Made by a program: the position numbers and the translations under genes. The notes under the pieces were generated by a model. That model did not search any database and had not been told where the DNA came from. It saw only the letters and a program-made list of their open reading frames with translations. Shown piece by piece: positions 18,905-28,403 of a DNA stretch of 59,185 bases (its first letter is position 1; every line of letters starts with the position of its first letter). This DNA is from a virus. Taxonomy: Duplodnaviria > Caudoviricetes. Where the stretch lies: positions 1 to 59,185 of IMG/VR virus record IMGVR_UViG_3300005805_000099. One strand, given 5' to 3'.

Positions 18905-19459
18905 ATGTCATTACAATATACCCATCAGTTAAGTTTAGAAATACCTTGTAGTAATAACCCTAGGGTTTTTAGAGTTGTTGATACCTCAAGGTATGCTTCA
19001 GAGTTACCGGTAAAATGTCCTCTTTTACAGATAACCCCTCCCGGTTTTAGGGATCCTACAAATCTAGATACTATTCAGCCGGAGTTCAATTTAGTGCTGA
19101 ATGCCTGCACTTTGGGTATTCAGTCTGTAGATTGTGAGTCTAATACTGCCATCTTACCAGATGGTATTTATCATATTAGATATTCAGTGTCTCCAAATGA
19201 ATCTGTATTTGTAGAGTATTATCACCTAAGAACTACCCAACTTATTAATAAATATAATCAAGTATTGTGTAATTTAGAGCTTGCTGCCTGTGAGCCTGCT
19301 CCTGATGTAAAAGATCAATTAGAAGAGTTAAGGCTTATAAAAAGTTTCATTGATGCTGCCAAGGTAAAAGTAGAGGATTGTCATGAGCTACAGCTTGGTA
19401 TGGAGTTATTGGTTTATGCCAATAAAAGATTAATGAAGCTTATCGGAGGAGACTGTTAA
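18905..19459 (+). CDS. Tail hub/fibre-docking protein (crAss-like)
   Basis: Ig-like N-terminal part with LPDGIYHIRYSV plus a helical C-terminal part; synteny. Confidence 0.45.
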   Translation: MSLQYTHQLSLEIPCSNNPRVFRVVDTSRYASELPVKCPLLQITPPGFRDPTNLDTIQPEFNLVLNACTLGIQSVDCESNTAILPDGIYHIRYSVSPNESVFVEYYHLRTTQLINKYNQVLCNLELAACEPAPDVKDQLEELRLIKSFIDAAKVKVEDCHELQLGMELLVYANKRLMKLIGGDC

Positions 19460-19477
19460 ACCTTAAAACCAACATAT

Positions 19478-19639
19478 ATGAACTGTACTAATTGCGGAAA
19501 CAAATTAAGTTGTGGCTGCCAAAAGAAAGTAGCCTCAGATGGAAAACAAGTATGTACTCAGTGTAAGGATGCCTATGAGAAAAAGCTACAACTGATGAAG
19601 TCTGACCCTAATAACATTAACCTTTATAAGACTCGGTAA
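19478..19639 (+). CDS. Small Cys-rich metal-binding protein (53 aa; not in ORF track)
   Basis: MNCTNCGNKLSCGCQKKVASDGKQVCTQCKDAYEKK...; AAAACCAAC leader; TAATG coupling. Confidence 0.65.
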   Translation: MNCTNCGNKLSCGCQKKVASDGKQVCTQCKDAYEKKLQLMKSDPNNINLYKTR

Positions 19640-20229
19640 TGAAAAACTTTTTAGCCAAGAGGGAAAAATACCTATCTGATTTTGCTCAAGCCATAACTAA
19701 AGAATATAAGAGAATGAGATATGGTATTAAATCTTGTATTCCTACTAAGGATTTAGACTTGGCTGAAATGAGGTTTGATCTTACCAAGTGGCAAGAATGT
19801 GGGGACAATTGTGCTTTAGATGAGGTGAATATTATGGCTGATGTTTGGCTTCCAATGTATTGGGATAAGAATTCTAAAAGATACTGTGGGGCTAATGGAT
19901 GTAGCTTTCAAGTTAAAGCTCCTAATACATGTGCTACAATTGATAGTAATCTGCCAAACATTATTGATGTTAATGCCGGAGGTTGTATAACTAGGATCAA
20001 TATTACTCCATCAATTACTATTAATAACAATACTGGATTTAAGTATACACAAGATTGCCTTGACCCTCAGTCTGTTTGGACAATCACCCATAATCTAGGA
20101 TATGTACCAAATGTTCTTATAGAAGACTGTGGAGGATGTGATATTGAAGGTGTTGTCACTGTTGTTAATGTAAATACCATTACTATAACCTTTAGTAATC
20201 CTGTAGCTGGAACAGCTTACCTGTCCTAA
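19639..20229 (+). CDS. Tail/fibre-associated structural protein
   Basis: C-terminal VWTITHNLGYVPNVLI...NTITITFSNPVAGTAYLS domain common in phage fibre-associated proteins. Confidence 0.55.
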   Translation: MKNFLAKREKYLSDFAQAITKEYKRMRYGIKSCIPTKDLDLAEMRFDLTKWQECGDNCALDEVNIMADVWLPMYWDKNSKRYCGANGCSFQVKAPNTCATIDSNLPNIIDVNAGGCITRINITPSITINNNTGFKYTQDCLDPQSVWTITHNLGYVPNVLIEDCGGCDIEGVVTVVNVNTITITFSNPVAGTAYLS

Positions 20230-20231
20230 TA

Positions 20232-21860
20232 ATGCCAGATTGTAAAAAATATTTACTTAATGTAAACCTTGTTGGTAATCAACTTCAAGAAGTAATCTTA
20301 AATCCGGTTACTACAGCTGAAAGAATTACCATTGGAGGAACCCTTGGCCCTACTGACCAGGGGTATATTGTATACGATACTGATGATGACTTTTTTTATT
20401 ATTGGGATGGCACCCAATGGGTAGCTATAAATCCTAGTGCAGGTACATCTGGTACCTCAGGAACTAGTGGAACTTCTGGCATAGATGGTACGTCTGGCTC
20501 TAGTGGAACATCAGGATCATCTGGCACTAGCGGAATTGATGGTACTAGTGGAACATCAGGAATTGATGGTACCAGTGGTACGTCAGGTATAGATGGAACT
20601 TCTGGTACAACCGGAACATCAGGAACGTCTGGAATAGATGGAACTAGTGGCACTTCAGGATCTTCAGGTAGTAGTGGAACTTCAGGTACAAGTGGTATTG
20701 ACGGAACTTCGGGGTCATCTGGCACTAGTGGGACATCAGGTATAGATGGCACAAGTGGATCGTCAGGAAGTAGTGGGTCATCTGGTACAAGTGGTATAGA
20801 TGGAACGTCTGGAACTTCAGGTAGTAGTGGTAGCTCAGGATCAAGTGGATCTTCAGGTACTTCTGGTATAGATGGTACTAGCGGTTCATCTGGAACAAGT
20901 GGGTCATCTGGAACTTCAGGGTCTTCTGGAACTAGTGGCATTGATGGGACTTCGGGTAGTTCAGGAACAAGTGGAACTGCAGGTACATCTGGAACTTCTG
21001 GAACTTCGGGAGTAAACGGAACTTCTGGTACAACAGGTACTTCGGGAACTAGCGGTGTTAATGGAACATCTGGAGTTAATGGAACTAGCGGGACAAGAGG
21101 AACGTCTGGTGTAAATGGTACTAGTGGCACATCAGGTGTTAATGGTACATCCGGTACTAGTGGAGCTAATGGTGCTCCTGGAGGAAATGGTACTAGTGGC
21201 ACAAGTGGTACTAGCAGTGGAGGTGGGGGAGGAACTAGTGGTACTAGTGGCACCAGTGGAACATCCCCTAGCATATCTGGAGTTTGTACTGATAAAACAA
21301 TAGTTATTGCTTCTCATTCACTTCAAGTTTTAGATGGTGGTAATTCTGGAATAAACCCCAATGCTCGTTTTTTTGGAAATCCAACTTGTGGATGGGATGG
21401 GTGTGACTTTAATAGATATTTTGATATAACATCAGGAGGAGGAGGAAGTGCACCAATTACTATTTCTAAACTTTATGCATCTTCACTTATATATCCTCCT
21501 GGTATTATTCCAATAGGAGCTAACTTTAGAATTTGCGGAATTGCTACAGTTTCTGATGATCCTAGTACCTCAGATTTATATGTAAATTTAAGATATGCTA
21601 CTTGTGCAGATCTTGAGGATGGGTCAGCTGATTTTAAAGTATATCCTACTGATAGTGTTCAGCCAGATGATCTTTTATTTTCATTTATTGGCACAGGAAC
21701 TGGTGGTGTTATAAAATGTTTTGAAGGAAATTGGATAAATGATGTTGAAATTGATTGCACAAAACCTTTAATGGTATCTTTTGGATTTTTTAGTCCGGCT
21801 GCCGTATCCCCAATTTCTATGAACGTAAGTTACACTTTATATGTAACATACTCTTGTTAA
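20232..21860 (+). CDS. Collagen-like fibre with Gly-Thr-Ser / Gly-Ser-Ser repeats
   Basis: N-terminal fibre-type domain (GYIVYDTDDDFFYYWDGTQW), roughly 90 Gly-X-Y triplets, globular C-terminal head. Confidence 0.75.
   Translation: MPDCKKYLLNVNLVGNQLQEVILNPVTTAERITIGGTLGPTDQGYIVYDTDDDFFYYWDGTQWVAINPSAGTSGTSGTSGTSGIDGTSGSSGTSGSSGTSGIDGTSGTSGIDGTSGTSGIDGTSGTTGTSGTSGIDGTSGTSGSSGSSGTSGTSGIDGTSGSSGTSGTSGIDGTSGSSGSSGSSGTSGIDGTSGTSGSSGSSGSSGSSGTSGIDGTSGSSGTSGSSGTSGSSGTSGIDGTSGSSGTSGTAGTSGTSGTSGVNGTSGTTGTSGTSGVNGTSGVNGTSGTRGTSGVNGTSGTSGVNGTSGTSGANGAPGGNGTSGTSGTSSGGGGGTSGTSGTSGTSPSISGVCTDKTIVIASHSLQVLDGGNSGINPNARFFGNPTCGWDGCDFNRYFDITSGGGGSAPITISKLYASSLIYPPGIIPIGANFRICGIATVSDDPSTSDLYVNLRYATCADLEDGSADFKVYPTDSVQPDDLLFSFIGTGTGGVIKCFEGNWINDVEIDCTKPLMVSFGFFSPAAVSPISMNVSYTLYVTYSC
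20442..21265 (+). repeat. Degenerate 9-nt tandem repeat encoding GTS/GSS/GID/GVN triplets
   Basis: Gly at every third codon; synonymous codons vary strongly between units. Confidence 0.9.
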
Positions 21861-21890
21861 AAATTATTTACTTTAGTATTAAAAACCAAC

Positions 21891-24599
21891 ATGAAAATAC
21901 TATACGTACTTCCCCATTGTAGTACAGGAGGGATGCCACAGTATGTACTGAAACTTATTCAAGAAAAAATTAAAGATTGTACAGTAGAAGTAGTAGAAGT
22001 TAATAATGTTTCTAATGACTACACTGTACAAAGAAATAAAATACAAGAGCTAGTAACCTTACACCAATTGAATGGTGATCAAAATAAGCTTTCTAGTCTA
22101 GTAGAAGGTTTTGATATTATTCATTTCCAAGAAATCCCAGAGTCTTTTATATCAATAAGTATATTAGGAGGGCTGTATAGGAAAGGTAGAAAGTATAAGA
22201 TATACGTTACCACCCATAGTTCTTTTACTGACCCCACTACTCTTAGATTTACTGCAGATAAGTTTATACTTGTATCCAACTGGAGCAGGAAAAGATTTGA
22301 ACAAGTTTTTCCTGGGGAGTGTGATATATGGGAATACCCAATAGAAGAGCAAGACTATAATAAGGAAACAGCTAAACAACTATTAGGATGGGAAGCTGAC
22401 TATAAACATGTTTTACATGTGGGGCTTTTTACTCCTGGAAAGAACCAGAAAGAGCTAATAGAAATAGCTGAGCTTTGCCGGTTAGATAAAATTAAATTTC
22501 ACTTTGTTGGTAATACTGCCCCAAACTTTCAAGACCATTGGGGGCCATTGATATCCTCTCTTCCAGACAATTGTGTTATACATGGAGAAGTTAGTAATCC
22601 AGAAGACTACTATAAAGCAGCAGACTTATTTTACTTTCCTTCTTTATTTGAGCTTAACCCATTAGCTGTAAAGGAGGCCCTATCCTATAAGCTTCCTGTA
22701 ATGCTAAGAAAGCTGGATACATATGAGAATACGTATGATGGGAAAGTTCAATACATTACCGATGAAGATAAAGCAGGTGCTTTAAAAAAAGCTCTTTCTA
22801 TAAAAGTTATAGATGATATGGCTGTAATTGTATTAGCTCATGCTGATACAGAATATAGAAAGCTTTTATTAAAGAATTGCTTAGGAACAATAATTCAGAA
22901 TACAATATTATCCACTAATTATTTGGTTGATGAAGAAACCCAACAGCTTTGTGATTATATCTTCTATACATATGAAAATCCTTTATTAAAGCAAGAAGAC
23001 TTTGCTAAGTATAATGTGTCTTATAATTATTGGTGGCTTGATGAGAATGGTACTAAACATTATAAGCCATTTGAATATGAACATGGGTATGCTGTTTATA
23101 AACTAATTCAGAATGGAATTAATCTAGCTTATTCTCTTGGTTATAAGTACGTTGCTATTGTTAATTATGATTATGAAATAGGTGACCTTAAACTTTTAGA
23201 TGACTATAGTAAATTAAAAGATAATGATATAGTTGCCTATAAACAAGACAGTACTGCTTATGAAGGTTTTACTTATTCAACAGGATATTTTTTAGCAGAG
23301 ATAGATTCTATAAAACCTTTTTTTAATAGGTATAAATCTTTACCTGAGTATTATTCAGATGGTGAAGGCTTTAACATTCTTGAAAAGAAGTTCTTTAACT
23401 ATTGTAGCAGTAGGTGGCTTAGAATATATTCAGATGATATTGAATCTCTAAAGAAGTTTGGAAAAGTTAATCAAGAAGGAGTATTACTTTTTTCAAAGTC
23501 AAATACAGATAAAGAAACAGAACCTTTATTTCTTATCCATTATGTAGATGGTCCTTATTTAGAGATAAAAAATGCTGGATCAAAAAGATTCTTTGTAGAA
23601 TTTATTGATTCTGATACAGGAAAAACAGAACATTCTGGACATATTGGTAACAACGAATGGATTAAAGCAACTAAAAGTTATTATGTTAACTGGCTTATAA
23701 GGATTAATGGTGTTCATTACCCAATGAGTCTAGAAAATGAAAGAGTTTTTATAAGTATTGAGTCTAGTGCTCTTGGGGATAATTTAGCTTGGATGCCGTA
23801 TGTAGAAGAGTTTAGAAAGAAACATAACTGTATTGTAATATGTTCCACCTTTAAAAATCATCTATTTAAAGACAGCTACCCTGAGATAGAATTTATAGAA
23901 CCAGGAGAAGTAGTCAATTATATTGTAGCTCAATATAAAATTGGTTGGTACTACACTGAAGGTGATCTTCCTAATCTTTTTAGAAATCCTAGTGAGTTTA
24001 AAACCATTCCTTTACAAAAGACTGCCGCTGATATCTTAGGTATTGACTATCAAGAAATTAGACCAAAGCTTACTTTACCAGAAAGAAATATAAAAAGACA
24101 GGTGGCTATTGCTATACACAGTACTGCTCAAGCTAAATACTGGAACAATCCTACAGGATGGCAAGAGGTAGTAACCCATTTAACTAATAAAGGCTACAAT
24201 GTTATTTTAGTTTCTAAAGAGAAAGATGGGTATATGGGGAACAACCATCCAAAAGGTGTCTTTTATTTAGCAGACTATTCTTTAGAAGAAGTGATTAAAA
24301 CCCTAAGAGAGTCTGAGTTTTTTATAGGGATAGGGTCTGGTCTTAGCTGGTTAGCCTGGACATGTGAGGTTCCTACCTACATCATATCTGGGTTTAGTGA
24401 GCCGTACACTGAAACAGTTTCTGGTACAGTACGTATTGAAGCTCCAGAAGGAGCTTGCCGGGGATGTTTTAATAGACTGAGGTTAAATGCTGGGGACTGG
24501 AACTGGTGCCCTGATCACAAGGGGACAGATCGTCAGTTTGAATGTTCTAGATTAATATCTGCCAGTGATGTGATTTCTAAGCTCCCCCTAGAAGATTAA
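21891..24599 (+). CDS. Multidomain glycosyltransferase: GT4 (GT-B), central domain, and TibC/AAH-like protein O-heptosyltransferase domain
   Basis: N-terminal STGGMPQY, VGLFTPGKNQ, FYFPSLFELNPLAVKEA (GT4). C-terminal SALGDNLAWMPY, STAQAKYWN, FIGIGSGLSWLAW, ISGFS, and CRGCFN...NWCP...FECS, matching the Cys cluster of the Fe-binding BAHT family. Confidence 0.8.
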   Translation: MKILYVLPHCSTGGMPQYVLKLIQEKIKDCTVEVVEVNNVSNDYTVQRNKIQELVTLHQLNGDQNKLSSLVEGFDIIHFQEIPESFISISILGGLYRKGRKYKIYVTTHSSFTDPTTLRFTADKFILVSNWSRKRFEQVFPGECDIWEYPIEEQDYNKETAKQLLGWEADYKHVLHVGLFTPGKNQKELIEIAELCRLDKIKFHFVGNTAPNFQDHWGPLISSLPDNCVIHGEVSNPEDYYKAADLFYFPSLFELNPLAVKEALSYKLPVMLRKLDTYENTYDGKVQYITDEDKAGALKKALSIKVIDDMAVIVLAHADTEYRKLLLKNCLGTIIQNTILSTNYLVDEETQQLCDYIFYTYENPLLKQEDFAKYNVSYNYWWLDENGTKHYKPFEYEHGYAVYKLIQNGINLAYSLGYKYVAIVNYDYEIGDLKLLDDYSKLKDNDIVAYKQDSTAYEGFTYSTGYFLAEIDSIKPFFNRYKSLPEYYSDGEGFNILEKKFFNYCSSRWLRIYSDDIESLKKFGKVNQEGVLLFSKSNTDKETEPLFLIHYVDGPYLEIKNAGSKRFFVEFIDSDTGKTEHSGHIGNNEWIKATKSYYVNWLIRINGVHYPMSLENERVFISIESSALGDNLAWMPYVEEFRKKHNCIVICSTFKNHLFKDSYPEIEFIEPGEVVNYIVAQYKIGWYYTEGDLPNLFRNPSEFKTIPLQKTAADILGIDYQEIRPKLTLPERNIKRQVAIAIHSTAQAKYWNNPTGWQEVVTHLTNKGYNVILVSKEKDGYMGNNHPKGVFYLADYSLEEVIKTLRESEFFIGIGSGLSWLAWTCEVPTYIISGFSEPYTETVSGTVRIEAPEGACRGCFNRLRLNAGDWNWCPDHKGTDRQFECSRLISASDVISKLPLED

Positions 24600-24622
24600 T
24601 TTTATTTTATTTGGGATTTTTT

Positions 24623-24658
24623 GTATATTATAATGTAGTGTAGTGAAGCTCTGCACTA
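24623..24658 (+). promoter_or_regulatory. Late-promoter-like motif followed by a 5' hairpin
   Basis: GTATATTATAATGTA (24623-24637), identical to 10696-10710; stem TAGTGTAG/CTGCACTA (24636-24658). Confidence 0.6.
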
Positions 24659-24695
24659 ATCCCAATTTTTATAAAGTATTAAAAACCAACCAATT

Positions 24696-24866
24696 ATGTT
24701 AAAACTTAGTGAAGAAGATTTGAAAAAACTTAATCAATTTATTCAGGAAATGCCTACAAAGTATGGGTTGCCCTTAATAAACTTTTTGAATGCTAAGCTT
24801 GCTGAGCAAAACAAAGAACCTAAGGTTGAACCTGAGGTGCCTAAAGAAGAACAATTAAACGATTAA
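24696..24866 (+). CDS. Small protein (56 aa; not in ORF track), possible fibre chaperone
   Basis: MLKLSEEDLKKLNQFIQEMPTKYGLPLINFLNAKLAEQ...; AAAAACCAAC leader. Confidence 0.6.
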   Translation: MLKLSEEDLKKLNQFIQEMPTKYGLPLINFLNAKLAEQNKEPKVEPEVPKEEQLND

Positions 24867-24872
24867 CATCCT

Positions 24873-26099
24873 ATGTTACCAGTAAATTCAAATGCCCCAA
24901 AAGACAACTGTCCTCCAGTATCATCCAATTGTGTGATCTGGGACGGCCCTAATATTAGTTGCATTAGTCTTTGTAAAGGAGACAGTGTTACAGAGGTAGT
25001 GTATAAGCTGGCTGAAGAAGTATGTGCCATTCAAGGAGAAGTGGGTATTAGTGAATTAGAGTTTGACTGCCTACTCCAAGTTTGTAATCAAACAATAGAT
25101 CCTCCCCCTAGTGTTACCCTTCCTATTATTCTTCAGCTTCTTATTGATGGGGTGTGCTGCATAAATGACATAGTAGAGAACCTTCCTACTCCAGCTACTC
25201 CCTATGTTGAGCCTATTTTGAATTTACCATTATGTCTACAATATGTAGATCCAATTAGTGGACTTCCTGTAACTTCTTTAAAGTTAAGTGATTATGCTGT
25301 AGCTACAGCTAACAAACTATGTGCTATTAACACTATAGTAAATAATCACACCACTCAGATTAACACATTGACCACTCAGGTTAATACGTTAATCAATACT
25401 CCTGCTGCTCCTCTTCCTACAGTGACACCTGTTTGTGTTCTGCCTTCTTCTCCTACGGCTATGAATACAGTGCTTGCTGCATTGGAATCACAATTCTGTG
25501 GTTTAGTGACAGCATTAGGATCTAACACTCAAATTTCTGCAGCTACTGCTTCTCAGTGTGCTAATCTAGGAGCGGCTAATGCATTAAGTACTACTGGTAC
25601 TATGGCCGGTTTACCCGGTTGGAATACTACGGTTACCAACTTTGCCCAAGCTATGCAGAATCTTTGGATTACAGTGTGTGATATGAGAGCTGTTGTAGCT
25701 AGTGTAGTAGACTGCTGTTCACAGGCAGATTGTAATAACTTTATTCTATCCTTTACAGCTAGTGCTGATATTACTAGAAACAATGTTACAGTGTACTTTG
25801 CTCCTGGTTCTGCACTTCCTTCTGGTTACAGTGATTGTAACCCATTAGGAGCCACTGTTACAATTAGTGATGGTTTAGGTCACACCTTTACTGGTGCAGC
25901 TATTCTTACTACTGAGGTTTCTAACTTAACTGGTATTACATATAACGTAAGTACTGCTAGTTTGAACACCTCTCAGGTTTATACCATCACTGTAAATGGT
26001 TGTGTAACTGATGGTGTAAACAGCTGTTCAAAAGTTGTAACTATTACTCTTGATCCTCCTTGTCCTGTAGTATCAGCAGTAACCGCAACCCTAACTTAA
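24873..26099 (+). CDS. Cys-rich tail fibre/structural protein
   Basis: N-terminal SSNCVIWDGPNISCISL..GDSVTEVVYKL domain, coiled coil, Fn3/Ig-like C-terminus. Confidence 0.6.
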   Translation: MLPVNSNAPKDNCPPVSSNCVIWDGPNISCISLCKGDSVTEVVYKLAEEVCAIQGEVGISELEFDCLLQVCNQTIDPPPSVTLPIILQLLIDGVCCINDIVENLPTPATPYVEPILNLPLCLQYVDPISGLPVTSLKLSDYAVATANKLCAINTIVNNHTTQINTLTTQVNTLINTPAAPLPTVTPVCVLPSSPTAMNTVLAALESQFCGLVTALGSNTQISAATASQCANLGAANALSTTGTMAGLPGWNTTVTNFAQAMQNLWITVCDMRAVVASVVDCCSQADCNNFILSFTASADITRNNVTVYFAPGSALPSGYSDCNPLGATVTISDGLGHTFTGAAILTTEVSNLTGITYNVSTASLNTSQVYTITVNGCVTDGVNSCSKVVTITLDPPCPVVSAVTATLT

Positions 26100-26125
26100 T
26101 TCATAATACCCTAAAATACTAGACC

Positions 26126-27958
26126 ATGTCTTGTGGCTGCAATACACCCTTAGAAACATGTAACGGTTGCACTCCATGTAACTGTTGCCCTCCTCCTGAT
26201 CCGGCACCACTACCCGTATGTCCTGATCCAGAACCCTGCGACACAGCACTTAACTCCCAATGTGTCATGTACACAGGAGGAGATTTACCTTGTCTTGGTC
26301 TTACAGCTTCAGGAAATCCAGAACTGATTAGACTAGAAGATATCATAGAGGCTATAGAAGAAGCTGTATGTAATTCAGATTTGTCTGTATTTATAACTGC
26401 TGATACAAACTGTATTAATTTAAGTGGTGCAGGAACATTAGCTAGTCCTTTAACTTCTACTTTAATTGTTGATCCTAATGATGATAATTTAACTGAATGT
26501 GGAGCTACAGGGGTAATTACACTTTTGTACACAGAATCAACAGATTCATGTGTTACTCTTGCTGGAGCCGGTACAGCGGCTGACCCATTAACAGCTGAAA
26601 TTAATCTTGGAACAGGGTTACTTTGTACAGATGGGGAGCTATCTGTAGATACAAGTATAATTCCTGTGTATATAGTTAGCAATGGTTTAACTGAATCTCT
26701 TTATGATATACAACTTGGAGGACCTTTAATTAAGGATACTACTATAACACTTGATACTTTTTATCTTTCATTAGAGAGTTCTCCTAATGATATATTTAGA
26801 GTGAGCCCTACTGTTTTTAGTTCAACATTTACTAATGGAAACAACGCTTCTAGTTTTGTAACAAGGGTATATGAAGACTATGACCAGTTTAATGTTTTTT
26901 CTCATGACAAGCTTTCTGAAATATCAGGTGCTTACTGGAGTAAAGGTTATTTAGGAATAACGGGAAGCGGTACTACTAATAACTCAGTATTAGGAGCATA
27001 CTACCCAACTAATGGTACTACATTTGAATCTCCATACACTTCCTATTTTAGAGCTGCCCAAGCTAATGTTCAAGCAAGATCTCATGATGTTACATTAAAT
27101 CTAGCTACAAACTTAATAGATGCTTCTACATCAATTTCTTACCAAACATTAGTTACAGGTAAGAAGTATATTATTACAACAGCTGGTGGAGTCTTTACAG
27201 CATCAGGTGCTAGCAGTAATGCGGCAGGTACTGTATTTACTTATAATAATGTACCTCCAACTTGGGGAACTGGAGCTGTTAGACCTTATGGAGCAATTGT
27301 TGAAAGGTCTTCACCTTATTTTAGATCGGAATTTGATAGACTTGATTGGGTTAAGATTGCTTATTTTGATGATGATTTAGGTACTCGTGTTCCTAGTGTT
27401 AATGATTACATGTCTATACAGACAGTTAATAACTATAGAATTGAGAATCAAATTATGTCATTTGAAGACAGGTTTGATGATTTTCAATACTATGCTAAAG
27501 GGATAATGAGTCTTAACAATAATAAAAATGACTTAACATCCTTACACTTTGCTGTTGTAGGGGTTGATTTTCCTACATGTACAGGTGCTGGATGTTCTTT
27601 ACCAGCTTTACCAGATGTGAATACATCTTCTTATACTGTCTGGAGAAGTGATGGAGATGGGGGTGTTCTTGGTGAAATGGATACTATTTCTCCATTTATT
27701 TATTTCCGTGGAGTAGCTGGAGTACTTGGAGGTTATGCATATGTAGGTATAAATAACTCAGCACCTACTACATTTTTGGATATAGATGGATCAAACGGGG
27801 CTGCTAACTTTAGAATTAGAGAAGACTATGCTCCAGCCACATCGGGTGATTCTGGGAATAAAGGAGACATTACCTGGGGAATAGATGGTGTTACATCATA
27901 CGTTTATGTATGTGTAGCCACTAATACTTGGAGAAGGGTAGCTATGAGTAGTTTCTAA
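26126..27958 (+). CDS. Tail fibre / receptor-binding protein
   Basis: Cys-rich N-terminus with NSQCVMYTGGDLPCLGL (paralogous to the 24873 gene), repeated GAGTxAxPLT motif, C-terminal GxKGDIxW...YVYVCVATNTWRRVA fibre domain. Confidence 0.65.
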   Translation: MSCGCNTPLETCNGCTPCNCCPPPDPAPLPVCPDPEPCDTALNSQCVMYTGGDLPCLGLTASGNPELIRLEDIIEAIEEAVCNSDLSVFITADTNCINLSGAGTLASPLTSTLIVDPNDDNLTECGATGVITLLYTESTDSCVTLAGAGTAADPLTAEINLGTGLLCTDGELSVDTSIIPVYIVSNGLTESLYDIQLGGPLIKDTTITLDTFYLSLESSPNDIFRVSPTVFSSTFTNGNNASSFVTRVYEDYDQFNVFSHDKLSEISGAYWSKGYLGITGSGTTNNSVLGAYYPTNGTTFESPYTSYFRAAQANVQARSHDVTLNLATNLIDASTSISYQTLVTGKKYIITTAGGVFTASGASSNAAGTVFTYNNVPPTWGTGAVRPYGAIVERSSPYFRSEFDRLDWVKIAYFDDDLGTRVPSVNDYMSIQTVNNYRIENQIMSFEDRFDDFQYYAKGIMSLNNNKNDLTSLHFAVVGVDFPTCTGAGCSLPALPDVNTSSYTVWRSDGDGGVLGEMDTISPFIYFRGVAGVLGGYAYVGINNSAPTTFLDIDGSNGAANFRIREDYAPATSGDSGNKGDITWGIDGVTSYVYVCVATNTWRRVAMSSF

Positions 27959-27976
27959 ACTTAAAATAAAACCAAT

Positions 27977-28402
27977 ATGGCTTGTGGTATTATAAGAACA
28001 TTAACGATTGCATTTGCTCCTCCTGCTGTAGCTCCAGCTAATGGATACACTGTAAAATGGAGAGCTGTAGGAGATACCACTTGGAATGTCCTTACTAACA
28101 TGATAGGTCCTCCTATTACTATTCCTGGTGTTCCAGGTTGTTTTAATCTTGAAGGAACTATTGAAGCTAATTGTGCAAATGGTATAACCGGCACTACTAC
28201 TACATTTGCTGTGGTTGGTAGCACTACCAATTGTAAACAAGTTGAATTTGTAGACACGGCTACTTATACATATGTTGAATGTGGAAACATAGGTACTGTT
28301 CCATCTTCAACTGTAAATAACAGTGGTAGTCCAACACAAAAATGTGTAGTGGACGGAACTGTAACTGGAGGTGCTTACACTGTAATATCTAACTGTACAT
28401 AA
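27977..28402 (+). CDS. Fn3-like virion protein
   Basis: LTIAFAPP..APANGYTVKWRAVG..W Fn3 signature. Confidence 0.55.
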   Translation: MACGIIRTLTIAFAPPAVAPANGYTVKWRAVGDTTWNVLTNMIGPPITIPGVPGCFNLEGTIEANCANGITGTTTTFAVVGSTTNCKQVEFVDTATYTYVECGNIGTVPSSTVNNSGSPTQKCVVDGTVTGGAYTVISNCT

Positions 28403-28403
28403 G

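Noticed and set aside
20442-21265. Possible CRISPR array or DGR template among the repeats (also 45279-45392 and 51643-51724)
   Set aside because: The repeats are in-frame coding repeats without unique spacers. No reverse transcriptase and no adenine-specific TR/VR pair was seen. The PD-(D/E)XK gene is a solo Cas4-like nuclease.
20399-21274. 291-aa minus-strand ORF of VP/LVP/DVP repeats
   Set aside because: Antisense shadow of the GTS repeat; Gly/Thr/Ser codons rarely create stops on the reverse strand.
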